From NCBI GenBank assembly GCA_010093745.1, contig MU005986.1, positions 186,001 to 207,168 on the forward strand: a stretch of 21,168 bases of DNA, given 5' to 3'. The notes under the pieces were generated by a model. The model was not told the origin of the DNA. It saw only the letters and a list, made by a program, of their open reading frames with translations, and did not search any database. This DNA is from Piedraia hortae CBS 480.64 (Eukaryota). Shown here one piece after another: positions 1 through 8,984 of this stretch; position 1 is the stretch's first letter; every line of letters starts with the position of its first letter. The translations under genes and the position numbers were made by a program.

Positions 1-250
1 GCAGATGGCGGGGATATGTTGCTTCGCGGGCGAACTTGGAGGATCGAAAATAAGTTTGGCTGCTGCGCGGAAGACACGTAGCTTCGCAAGCGACCCTGGA
101 TATGTGTTTATCCTTTTGCTGATGGTATGTAGCTTTGCAACTTGGTTCTGGTTCCCTAGTTCCGAGTGTTGAACGCGTACTTACAGCTATCGTGCAACGC
201 GAAAGAGACGAGGTGCGGTCGTTCGCCGAACCAGGGTCATCTTCCCTCCC

Positions 251-266
251 ATAGATATATACATAT
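251..266 (+). promoter_or_regulatory. TATA-like element about 30 nt upstream of the tRNA (possible TFIIIB/TBP site)
   Basis: ATAGATATATACATAT at the position where fungal tRNA genes often carry TA-rich boxes. Confidence 0.4.
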
Positions 267-291
267 TGCCCAATCATACCTGCATGAATAA

Positions 292-394
292 GGCAACGTA
301 GCAAAGTGGTTAATGCGATTGACTCGAATTTCTGAAACAGAAATTAAGTAATCAATTCCCTTCGGGGGCGTAGGTTCGAATCCTGCCGTTGTCG
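292..394 (+). tRNA. tRNA-Ser(CGA), type II, with a 22-nt intron (329-350)
   Basis: Acceptor stem GGCAACG(292-298)/CGTTGTC(387-393), discriminator G394. D arm GCA-AAGTGGTTAA-TGC. Anticodon stem ATTGA(318-322)/TCAAT(352-356) with loop CT-CGA-A, then an intron at the canonical 37/38 position. Long variable arm CCC-TTCG-GGG. T arm GTAGG-TTCGAAT-CCTGC. Confidence 0.95.
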
Positions 395-395
395 G

Positions 396-406
396 TTTTT
401 TTTTTC
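396..406 (+). terminator. RNA polymerase III oligo-T terminator of the tRNA gene
   Basis: Run of about 11 T immediately after the tRNA 3' end. Confidence 0.85.
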
Positions 407-1868
407 TACGCACAGGAGTTTCGTTTTCGTTTTAAAATGACAGGAGATGGGAAATTGACAGATGTTGGAGGATGGGGGGATATGGACCTCGGGTTACAAT
501 TCAAATATGTGGAAGTGATCACCGAGTCTTAGCTATCGCTTTTTGAAAGTGCAGGGTTCAACTCCAGGGAGTGCTCAAATCCTCCATCCTTTTGCTTGAT
601 TGAATGGGGTTTCTTCTTTGCTTGGTTTTCGAGGGCGAAAAATTTCATTGCCGAGCGTGGTGTGTGGGAAATTGTGTGATAATGGTTGGGTTGTTGGACA
701 CTTGAGTTGAAATACAAAGAATTTGGAGGTTGCCAGATTCGTTAAAGGTGGAGGTGTCAATGGCTGGGCAAATTGCAGTGTGAGGAAGAAGTGAAGTAGG
801 GCGTGGTTGCCACGTTCGCTCTACATGCACTAATGATGTTGATGAGCAGGATTGATCTTAGGTTATTGTGGTGGGATTCTTGTGGGTTATTGATGGGGCG
901 AGGGTTAGCAGCTCTACTAATGGGGAAGCTAGAGGAAAAGCGTAAAGATTTAGGTCAAAACCATGAAGTTGAGCTTGTGTGTTGTGATGTGCTGCAGGAG
1001 GGAGGGCGGGTTGATAACATTGGAGATTTATCGTAGGGCCCTGCTCACTGGGGTGTCGAAGGTTTCGCTGCCTCGAGTGTTGGGTCTAATTAACGGGGTG
1101 GGATGTCCGATCTGCTGCTCTCTGCGGTCTGGATAACTTCCGTTTGACAGAATCTGTCAGTGGTGTGACTTTGGCAAGTTGGCGATGCATTTATTTCCAT
1201 GTTTCAATTTTGATTTTGATCTATGGGACAATTGCTGTTGAGTGCTTGTTAATTTGCACCGGTTGGTTTTTCGCCTTTTGGGCCGAATCGGGGAGTCGAC
1301 TTCTGCTCGGTCCTTGTTGATTTACATCTTTTCAATATGGGTCCCGCTGATTGATTCGACCGGTTTATGTAAGAGTCTTCATGTTGGTTTTGAAGATAAC
1401 TCAATATCGGAGATGTATTGACAATGTTCGATCAAGGAGGGGTATTCCGATTGATCAGTAGGTGTGGGATTGGCTGCCAAGAAGTGGGGCTGTGGACTGC
1501 CAAGCACTGCTAACCAGTAGCGCATCTTATGCGAAAACACAAACCTGGAATTCAATGAACGGTCTTCGGTGACTTCTGTCCTACTCAAAACACAGAACGG
1601 ACCCTACGCGGTAGGCATAAGTAGATGTGTTTATCCATCCCAGTTCGTATCTCAGAACCTTGAAAGGAACGAATATGTGAACAGAAAACCTTACTCCTTT
1701 CTAGTTTATCCGAACAACAATCTAAATCAAAACACCCGAAGCCCCAAAAGTAAACGAACTAACCCAGTCCATCTATCCACATTAAGCCCCATCCAATCCA
1801 AATGTACACACCCATATCTTGCCTCCTCCCCTCCTCTCCAAATGCACACACTCCCTCACACCCCCTGT

Positions 1869-2612
1869 CTAATCCCCCTTCAACCCTTCCCTAACCCCCT
1901 CCCTCACCGCCTCTTTAACCAAGACCCTCAACTCCTCAACCCCAATCACCACCATCCCCACCGAAGGGGGTCCAGGGGGTCCCGGGAGCGCAGCGGGCAA
2001 GGAGGCGGGTGGGACACTCCTCGGCGCCCCCCCGAACGCACTAAACGACGAGCTTGCGGGCGAGGGAAAAAACTCCCCACCCACAGTATCCCTCATGAAC
2101 TCGCCCCCCACAAATCCATTCCGCTCAATTCCCAAAGAATTCGTCGCGGGGGAGTGAGGATGCCGCGGGGGATGAAATTTTTCTTTCGGCGAAGCCCTCT
2201 GATACGGATGGACCTTCCTCTGTAGATGTTTCGGCTTCGTCCGCGGCGTCGCAGCTGGTGGACCGAGGAAGTGTCCACTCCTCGTAAACGTTACCGTATT
2301 TTCCTGCGCACCGACCCCCTCTGATGGCGAGAACCCCGCGTGTGGATGTTGCTGGAGAGGAGACATCCCCCCCGAGGACCCCACGGGAGGCTCGGAGACA
2401 GATCTCCTCCTCCGCGTTGTGGCGAAAGGGTAGGGCGATTCGCGGGGGAGGGTGTATAGCGAGTCGAGCAGCACTTCCTGCTGGTGGAGGTCCATATTAT
2501 TCTCCGTGGTGGGAAAAGGCGAGGGATCAGCAAGCTGGAGATCTGTCGTTTCGAAGTGTGTTAGGTTTTCGAAGACGATGGTCTTCTCCTCTTCGTTTTG
2601 TATGGATTCCAT
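1869..2612 (-). CDS. Hypothetical 247-aa Pro/Ser/Gly-rich protein, probably disordered, with a short C-terminal helix
   Basis: Uninterrupted ATG-to-TAG ORF with a pyrimidine-rich leader. The sense strand is G-rich at the 3' end, like the confirmed genes here. Contains an RRRRSVSEPP basophilic-kinase-type motif and C-terminal VIGVEELRVLVKEAVREGVREG. No family recognised. Confidence 0.6.
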   Translation of the reverse strand: MESIQNEEEKTIVFENLTHFETTDLQLADPSPFPTTENNMDLHQQEVLLDSLYTLPRESPYPFATTRRRRSVSEPPVGSSGGMSPLQQHPHAGFSPSEGVGAQENTVTFTRSGHFLGPPAATPRTKPKHLQRKVHPYQRASPKEKFHPPRHPHSPATNSLGIERNGFVGGEFMRDTVGGEFFPSPASSSFSAFGGAPRSVPPASLPAALPGPPGPPSVGMVVIGVEELRVLVKEAVREGVREGLKGD

Positions 2613-2955
2613 GTCCGAGAAGGGAAAGGTAAAGGAAGGAGGGGAAAAGGAAAGGGATCACATCAATTTGTTAAGAGTGAGACAGGTAAGGGTTCAGATG
2701 TCCCCTATTCCATTCACACTGCATTTGTGAGGCGGTAGGTTAGTGTGGCGAGAGCCAGACGGCAAAAGCTATCGATCGGCACATGGAGGAAATGCCGTCC
2801 AAAGGTTGCTGGGGATTTGACAGATGGAATGGTATACTGAATGAACAGACGCTGGAATTTGTAAGATGACCAGTCTCAGCGACATGCACGCACCCGTAGA
2901 AGGAAAAAAAGTGTACTTAGAACTGCGTTACTACGTAATATGGAAAAAATAGCAA

Positions 2956-5574
2956 TCAAGGCGTGATTCCTCTTCGTTGGAGAAAGCCTTGAAGCAAACC
3001 GTCCAGATCGTCCATTATTCTCGCCGCGGTCTTGCGTTCTTCGGAATACAAGTCTGCGATTAGGGGATGGTCGTGGGGGACGGGTTTGACGTCCGTGTCG
3101 TCGTAGACGAGGGTTAAAAGGTCCCGGACTTCGCTGCCGTCATCGTACCAGGCGCGAAGGTTGGCATCAGACCATTCCTGTGGTGGCGTTGGGGGAGTTT
3201 CGATGGGGTCGTTTCTTGCCACTTCTTCTGTTGGATGTGTTTGGTGTTCTGCTTGTTGAATGGGTTCTTCCTCCTGCCCTTCTTCCTCCTGCTCTCTGCC
3301 CTCTTGCTCCCTAAACGGATTCGGCCCTTCCTCCTCGGTCGGCGAGTCGAAATCGTCAAGCTCTACCCTACGTTTGGCCCGCTTGGCTTTTTTGGGTCTC
3401 TCCTGATCGGGTGATAGGGTTGTTTTGATGGTGGAGAGGATGCCTTCTTTGGGCTGTTCGGATACCGGCGCTGCGGCTGGAGCTGCTAGTGGAACTTTGC
3501 TCTTTCCAGCTGCTGGCTGCACCACGCGGATATCGGTCGGGGATGGCTTCTCAACAGGAGAGGAAATTTGACCAATGACCGGACTTGATCGTGGCGAATC
3601 GCGTGAATCACGACCGACATCTGTCACAATCTTATCGATCCCTTCATCCTTCATCTTCTTGTCCTTTCTCTTGAACAAACCGCTGAGCATGCCAGACTTG
3701 GGTTTATCTTTTTTCTTGGTTTCCTTTGGATTGACTCGAATTGGAGCCGGTTCCGGGCCTGATATGACTGTGTTGAGGTTCTCTGCACTGCCAGTGTGGA
3801 CGCCCTCGGGCATTCCGGCCGGAGAAGCAGATCCCTCACGCAGCAGACCGGGTGTCAGAGTGATCCTGCGAGGCTCCGCTGCATCATCCCGCAGAAAAGA
3901 GTCGGAATTGCGCGATGTGCCTTTGCGAGATTAAGTGGCGCCGCTTCTGTCTTGTCAATAAGTCGCTGTGTTTCGTGAAGTGAAGGAGTGTGAGTGGCAG
4001 CCTGTTCTCGATCAAAGGAAGCACGCTTCGCAGAGATGGTCGTCTTAGGCTCATCTTCCGAGTTGCGTGGAGTGTTCTCCGGAGCCGAGGGCTCGACATG
4101 GCCGTTTCGCTGAACCGTCTGCGCTGCAACGGCGGGTTCACTCATCGGCTCAGCTTCGTCATCCTCATCAGACGAATACTCCCGATCAGAGGCCTCTACA
4201 TAGGTAGGAGGAGCAAACTGCACAGTTTTAGCATTGCGTCTGCGCATTGCCTTTTTCAAGGGATTGCGAGTTTTCTCTGAATTGTCGCTGAGCATGGTTG
4301 CAGCAAGCTGTGGCATTTGTCAGAGGAATTACAATAGTTTAACACAGACTTACATCAATGTTTCTGTGCTTGTTCAACCGGGCCAGCCGCTCTGTCGGTG
4401 TTTCGATGTGTTCTGCTGGGAGGTAGCCTAAGCTGTCAGTTTGAATTGTCATTTTAATTCAGATTTCCTACCGATGCTGCTGTCCTTGACCAGCCGGACG
4501 AGCCACCAATAACTGTTGCTGTCGTCGAGCAGAATCATGGTGTCGCCCTTTGTGGCGTTGGCCTGGCCCTCGACGGTCGCGACAAACGTGTGCAGGGCGT
4601 ATACGAACTCGAGGTCGATGTCATCTGTATCATGTAAGCTTCCGCCCTCAGAAGACGACGAAAAATCATAAATAAAAGCGTCAGATGCATCATCTTGTGT
4701 TTCCTGCGGATTTTCGGTCAGGAGCGGGTCGTTTTCAGGCAGGAAGCATTCGGAAATGTCGACGCTTTCGAGGCTGATGAGGCTGGGGGATTGGCCAAAC
4801 GTGGGCATGTAGATGCCGAGGCCGCTTGTAGTCGGAGCTGACGGAGACGGCGGCTCCTCTATGGGAAATTCATCTGGACTGGCAGCCTCATCCGGATGAG
4901 GAGTGGCCGGGCGGGAAACTTGTTCTGGACAGCTTCCCCTCCCAAAGAGATCCTCCCACGAGGGGCGACCCACGCTTCTAGCCCGATCCGCAGACTTACC
5001 CCGATGACGCACTGGTGGGGATTTGGTCAACTTTGCCCTGTCGGGAGGACGTTTGGATTCCTAATCCAAAGCCTTCGACGGCAAAGAAGTCCGGGGGGAT
5101 GCGGAACTGTTGAAGTTCTCGCGCGATAACTTGCGACTGAGCCTTGACGGCCAGACTTTGAAGGGGTTCTTGCTTGCTTTGGGGCGGGACCCACCATCAT
5201 CGATGCTTGGCGAACTCGAGATTCGATCCATCAATTCCTCGTCACTGTCTCCGTCTCCGTCTTGGTATTCGGGTTCAGCGCTGCCATTGGCTCCGTGGCC
5301 GTTAGCGCGCATGTCTTCGGGCTCATCCTTGCGACCGGCAGCTGCCCAGGCATTAACCAGCAGCTGTTCCTCCGACTGTCGCTCGTGGATGACATGTTGC
5401 AGCTGCGAGACCTGGTGCGGGCCAAGTCCGTCGCGGCCGAATGCGGGATCGGGGTGTTCGGCGGCCGACGGGCTGTCTTGATCTTGCAAATCGAGCGTAT
5501 CTGTCTTCATGAGCGCTGGCGACCGCCTTGGGCAAAATGTACGAACCTGCGCGCACAATTCCTGGTCGAGCCAT
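2956..5574 (-). CDS. TEA4: SH3-domain cell-end marker/polarity protein, Tea4/Bud14 (TeaC) family; carries an apparent 1-nt frameshift at about 3931
   Basis: Exons (minus): 5574-5547, 5500-5195, 4624-4472, 4427-4354, 4307-2956. Introns: 5546-5501 (GTTCGT..CAG), 5194-4625 (GTGGGT..CAG), 4471-4428 (GTAGGA..CTGAC..TAG), 4353-4308 (GTAAGT..CTGAC..CAG). The spliced product reads MARPGIVRADTLDLQD...ISSSPSIDDDDIDLEFVYALHTFVATVEGQANATKGDTMILLDDSNSYWWLVRLVKDSSIGYLPAEHIETPTERLARLNKHRN (SH3 plus family motif), then KTVQF (RVxF-type PP1 docking) and C-terminal WSDANLRAWYDD...HPLIADLY. About 637 aa if one base is restored at 3931. Confidence 0.88.
4625..5194 (-). other. 570-nt in-frame intron (exitron-like) of the SH3 gene
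   Basis: GTGGGT donor after ...GATGATG. CTTAC branch-like site plus CAG acceptor before ATGACATCGAC. Length is 190 codons with one in-frame stop (5061-5063). Confidence 0.75.
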
Positions 5575-6162
5575 GGTCTCTCCACAAAATTTGGCGGGCC
5601 TCGAGGGCGCGACCCTAGCAAACACGCTGATGGGCGCGTCGCATACCAGTGGAGAATCGAGTCGGACGGTTGCAGGGAAGAATTTGCCACTTTTGGTCGC
5701 GACGACGTTCAAATCCGGTTGTTGGAGGTCTGATCGTCGCAGACCTCAAACACGGAGGCGCGCTCTGATTGGTGCATCGCTTCGGGTTTGAAACCCTGAC
5801 AGCGACGCCCCGCATGTGCGCCATCCAATGACTCGCCGACCCCATGATTTAAGGCGGGGGAGCCCCTATGGCGACATGTAGATCCACCCATTAGTGTTTG
5901 ATGTTCAACCACAAGTGGGTACATCGAGTTCATAAGCAATTCCTCGCATTACCGTCGTAGATGAGCTCGACAGCGGCCTATAGAAATTTGTGCATCGCGT
6001 CTTCTCACAGGACAATGGCGAATGCCGTCCTGCCAAGCAGAATCGCAACTAGAAGCCGTTCTAGACAATGTAGTTGTTATAGGCCAGCTATATAGAGCCT
6101 CGACTTTTGTCCCATCACACCTCCACAACACCAATGAACCCCCCCAAGATGATACCGTAGCC

Positions 6163-7272
6163 ATGCTCGAGTTCATGGACACGGTCCTCGCCGCCTTCCA
6201 TGTGCAAACGCGCTGGGATGTGGACCAGAGCTATGCGACGCTGACGGCTACGGCCCACAACGTTCTAGACTTTCACATTCCAAACGGTGTCAAGATTCAT
6301 GCATCGTCCCTGTCATCTCCCAATTTTGCCACAAGCTACACGCTCGGCAGTCGAGGCGTTGTCGACGGCAGTTTATCCTTTTTATACTCTAGCCTGGGCT
6401 TGCATCTCGACAGCCAGAGCGCAAGAGTGCCGTTGGAGAGCGTAGTAAAAGGCTACAGACAGTTGCGTCGACGGCAGCCGTTGGAGGAGGGTAATTCACC
6501 GAGATCTGACCATAAGAAAGACTCATTACTTTACGGACGCGTCTACCTACCAGGTAATTCATTAGAAGCACTATATCTCCGCCGGATATCCGCAAGACGA
6601 CTGCTGCGACTGAATTGCGTTTCAGACGGACAGATACCCAACAGCAGCACCTTGCTGGCTGTGCTGCAAAACGATAATGGCAGATACAGCACTGAATATC
6701 TCTACTCTACCGACTCTTCCCTTCTTGGGGTGAGAGGTCTCTACAACTTTGGCTATAATGAACGAAGCGGAAGGCTGAGTGCCGGAGCAGAGGCTTACTT
6801 TAGTCCTGTTAACAAGAGTGGTGGGATGAGCTGCGGACTGCGATTTACCACTCTCCCAGCCCATGGAGCTTTTCCGTATACCATGACTTTAACAGTCAAT
6901 CCACTAATGGGCAATCTGAGCTCTGCTTATGCGGTCAAGGCAGGCCCAGATCTTGCATTTTGTTCCCGCTTTGACTTTAATGTATACAGCTATGAGAGTC
7001 AAGTGACTGTGGGAATGGAACTATGGAAACGAGGCTGGGCGTCTCCGGAGACGGCATGGATGCGGCAGATGATCCGGCCAGGGTGGAAGCGGAATGAAGA
7101 AGACATTACCGGCGTGTTCAAGGCGCGAATGGACACTCATGGAAAGTTTGGCCTCTTGTGGGAGACCAAATATAAAGATTTGCTGGTAAGCATGGGAACA
7201 GGTCTTGATTTGAAATCAGAGGAGCGAATGGTAATGGGTAATGTTGGTTTGGAAGTCAGCTATTCCAACTAG
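6163..7272 (+). CDS. MDM10: Mitochondrial outer-membrane beta-barrel Mdm10 (ERMES/SAM subunit), 369 aa, intronless
   Basis: Typical N-terminus MLEFMDTVLAAF...W..DQSY. Motifs SSLSSPNFATSYTLG, VDGSLSFLYSS, LLYGRVYLP, LEALYLRR, GRLSAGAEAYF, TLTVNPLMGNLS, SRFDFNVYSYES and C-terminal GLEVSYS. The start ATG has GCC context. Confidence 0.95.
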   Translation: MLEFMDTVLAAFHVQTRWDVDQSYATLTATAHNVLDFHIPNGVKIHASSLSSPNFATSYTLGSRGVVDGSLSFLYSSLGLHLDSQSARVPLESVVKGYRQLRRRQPLEEGNSPRSDHKKDSLLYGRVYLPGNSLEALYLRRISARRLLRLNCVSDGQIPNSSTLLAVLQNDNGRYSTEYLYSTDSSLLGVRGLYNFGYNERSGRLSAGAEAYFSPVNKSGGMSCGLRFTTLPAHGAFPYTMTLTVNPLMGNLSSAYAVKAGPDLAFCSRFDFNVYSYESQVTVGMELWKRGWASPETAWMRQMIRPGWKRNEEDITGVFKARMDTHGKFGLLWETKYKDLLVSMGTGLDLKSEERMVMGNVGLEVSYSN

Positions 7273-7353
7273 CCTGGATGTAATTATAAGCTGTCACCGA
7301 GTCGTAAAGAGCCATAAGTGGGCCTAAATGATTACTAAGAGGCCCAAATAAGA

Positions 7354-7404
7354 CCGCGTCAGGGCGCGTGGCGTATAAACGCGGTCTATAAACGCGCCCG
7401 CGTC
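7354..7404 (+). promoter_or_regulatory. Cluster of MCB-like (CGCG-core) cell-cycle boxes in the RNR2 promoter
   Basis: Five CGCG cores (7355, 7365, 7380, 7393, 7399) about 40-90 nt upstream of the RNR2 ATG, including a TATAAACGCG direct repeat. MBF control of RNR genes through such elements is established in yeasts. Confidence 0.7.
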
Positions 7405-7441
7405 TTTGAACTTTTGTTGCCACATAGCAATCTCTGCAAAA

Positions 7442-8769
7442 ATGAGCATCCCAACTTCCGTGGTCAGCTTGCAGCTACCATCGTTACGAACGAAGCTAAC
7501 AATTGATCCAGACTTCTGAGCTCAACGGCCTCAAAATGGATTCGCCACCCCACGCGGCCGTGAATGGCCACAAGGGCAGCGTAGCCGCTCTCTACGAAAA
7601 TGACGAACTCGCCGTGCCAATTAAAGGCATTCCCACACTTCCAGAAGAGCCAAAATCCAAAAACGAACCAACCGTAGCCAAAGGCCTCAACAAAGAAGAA
7701 GCTTCCGAACCACTTTTGCAAGAAAATCCGCACCGTTTCGTCCTCTTTCCCATCAAATACCATGAGGTCAGTGTAAAAATTCCTTAATACTAAATACCCA
7801 CTGATGGCAAAGATCTGGCAAATGTACAAAAAAGCCGAAGCCTCGTTCTGGACGGCCGAAGAAATCGATTTATCCAAAGACCTCCACGACTGGAACAAAC
7901 GTCTCACCGACGACGAACGCTTCTTCATATCCCACGTATTAGCCTTCTTCGCCGCCTCCGACGGGATCGTAAACGAAAACCTCGTTGAGCGTTTCAGCGC
8001 AGAGGTCCAAATCCCCGAAGCACGCTGCTTCTACGGCTTCCAAATCATGATGGAAAACATCCATTCGGAAACCTACTCCCTCCTAATCGACACTTACATC
8101 TCCGACCCAAAACAGCGCAGCTATCTCTTCAATGCAATCGACAACATACCCTGTATTCGTCAAAAAGCAGACTGGGCTCTGCGCTGGATCAGCGATAAAA
8201 ACTCTACTTTTGGCTGCCGACTAGTCGCATTTGCGGCTGTAGAGGGGATCTTCTTCTCCGGCTCATTCGCATCAATTTTCTGGCTCAAGAAACGCGGTCT
8301 AATGGCTGGACTGACCTTTTCCAACGAACTCATCTCCCGCGACGAGGGGATGCACACTGATTTCGCGTGTCTTCTCTTCTCGCACCTGAACCATAAACCC
8401 TCACAGGCTACAATCGAAAAAATCATCACAGAGGCGGTGGCGATTGAGCAGGAATTCCTCTCCGAAGCTCTGCCTGTTGCCCTCTTAGGCATGAACGCAA
8501 AGCTAATGTGTCAGTACATTGAATTCGTCGCAGACAGACTGCTCCTCGCGCTGGGGAACCAGAAGTACTATAAAGCTACGAATCCGTTTGATTTCATGGA
8601 GAACATCTCCCTCGCAGGGAAGACGAATTTCTTTGAGAAGAGGGTCGGCGATTATCAGAAGGCTGGGGTTATGGAGAAGAGTCGAAGACATCAGGAAAAG
8701 AGGGAAGGAGATCAGCCTGGGGCTACGGGGGCGGTTAGTGGCGATTTTGCGTTTGATGAGGATTTTTAG
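7442..8769 (+). CDS. RNR2: Ribonucleotide reductase class Ia small (R2) subunit, about 410 aa
   Basis: Exons 7442-7462, 7512-7766, 7813-8769. Introns GTCAGC..GCTAAC..CAG and GTCAGT..CTGAT..AAG. Motifs [53 protein letters not shown] (radical Tyr), [24 protein letters not shown] and C-terminal FDEDF. The exon 1 donor could alternatively be at 7460. Confidence 0.97.
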
Positions 8770-8984
8770 ATTGGATGAGATGAGACGAGGTGTTGGGGGT
8801 TGTAGGTTATGGATATTCTACTCTGTTTCGGTTAGAAGGGTTGTATGCGTGTGTGAAATTTTATTTCCCCGATGCGGTTGTATGCACTAAGTGATGTCTT
8901 GGCAGTCCACACGGGGAAATATCCGCCTCAATTAGGGAGAATGTGATATGCATACATCCCTCGAAACGAACGAAATATCATACA

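Noticed and set aside
1..254. Possible last exons of a gene entering from the left (GTATGT at 125 ... CTTACAG at 186)
   Set aside because: The spliced frame has an upstream stop at 79-81, a GTAAGT donor also exists on the opposite strand at 184, and no recognisable protein results. It cannot be resolved at the window edge.
1569..2225. 218-aa plus-strand ORF
   Set aside because: Starts at GTG and is largely the antisense shadow of the 1869-2612 ORF in C-rich, stop-poor sequence.
3931..3938. Ty1/ABP140/EST3-type +1 programmed frameshift at CTT-A
   Set aside because: The sequence is CTT AAT C rather than CTT AGG C or CTT AGT T, and the shift required is -1, not +1.
5575..5690. Longer N-terminus of the SH3 gene from the ORF track (MANSSLQ...)
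   Set aside because: Non-ATG start that reads through intron 1. The spliced MARPGIVRA-DTLDLQD start at 5574 fits splice signals and the family pattern.
6022..6162. 47-aa N-terminal extension of Mdm10
   Set aside because: Mdm10 homologues begin at MLEFMD-like sequence, and the upstream ATG probably lies before the TSS. Not excluded without TSS data.
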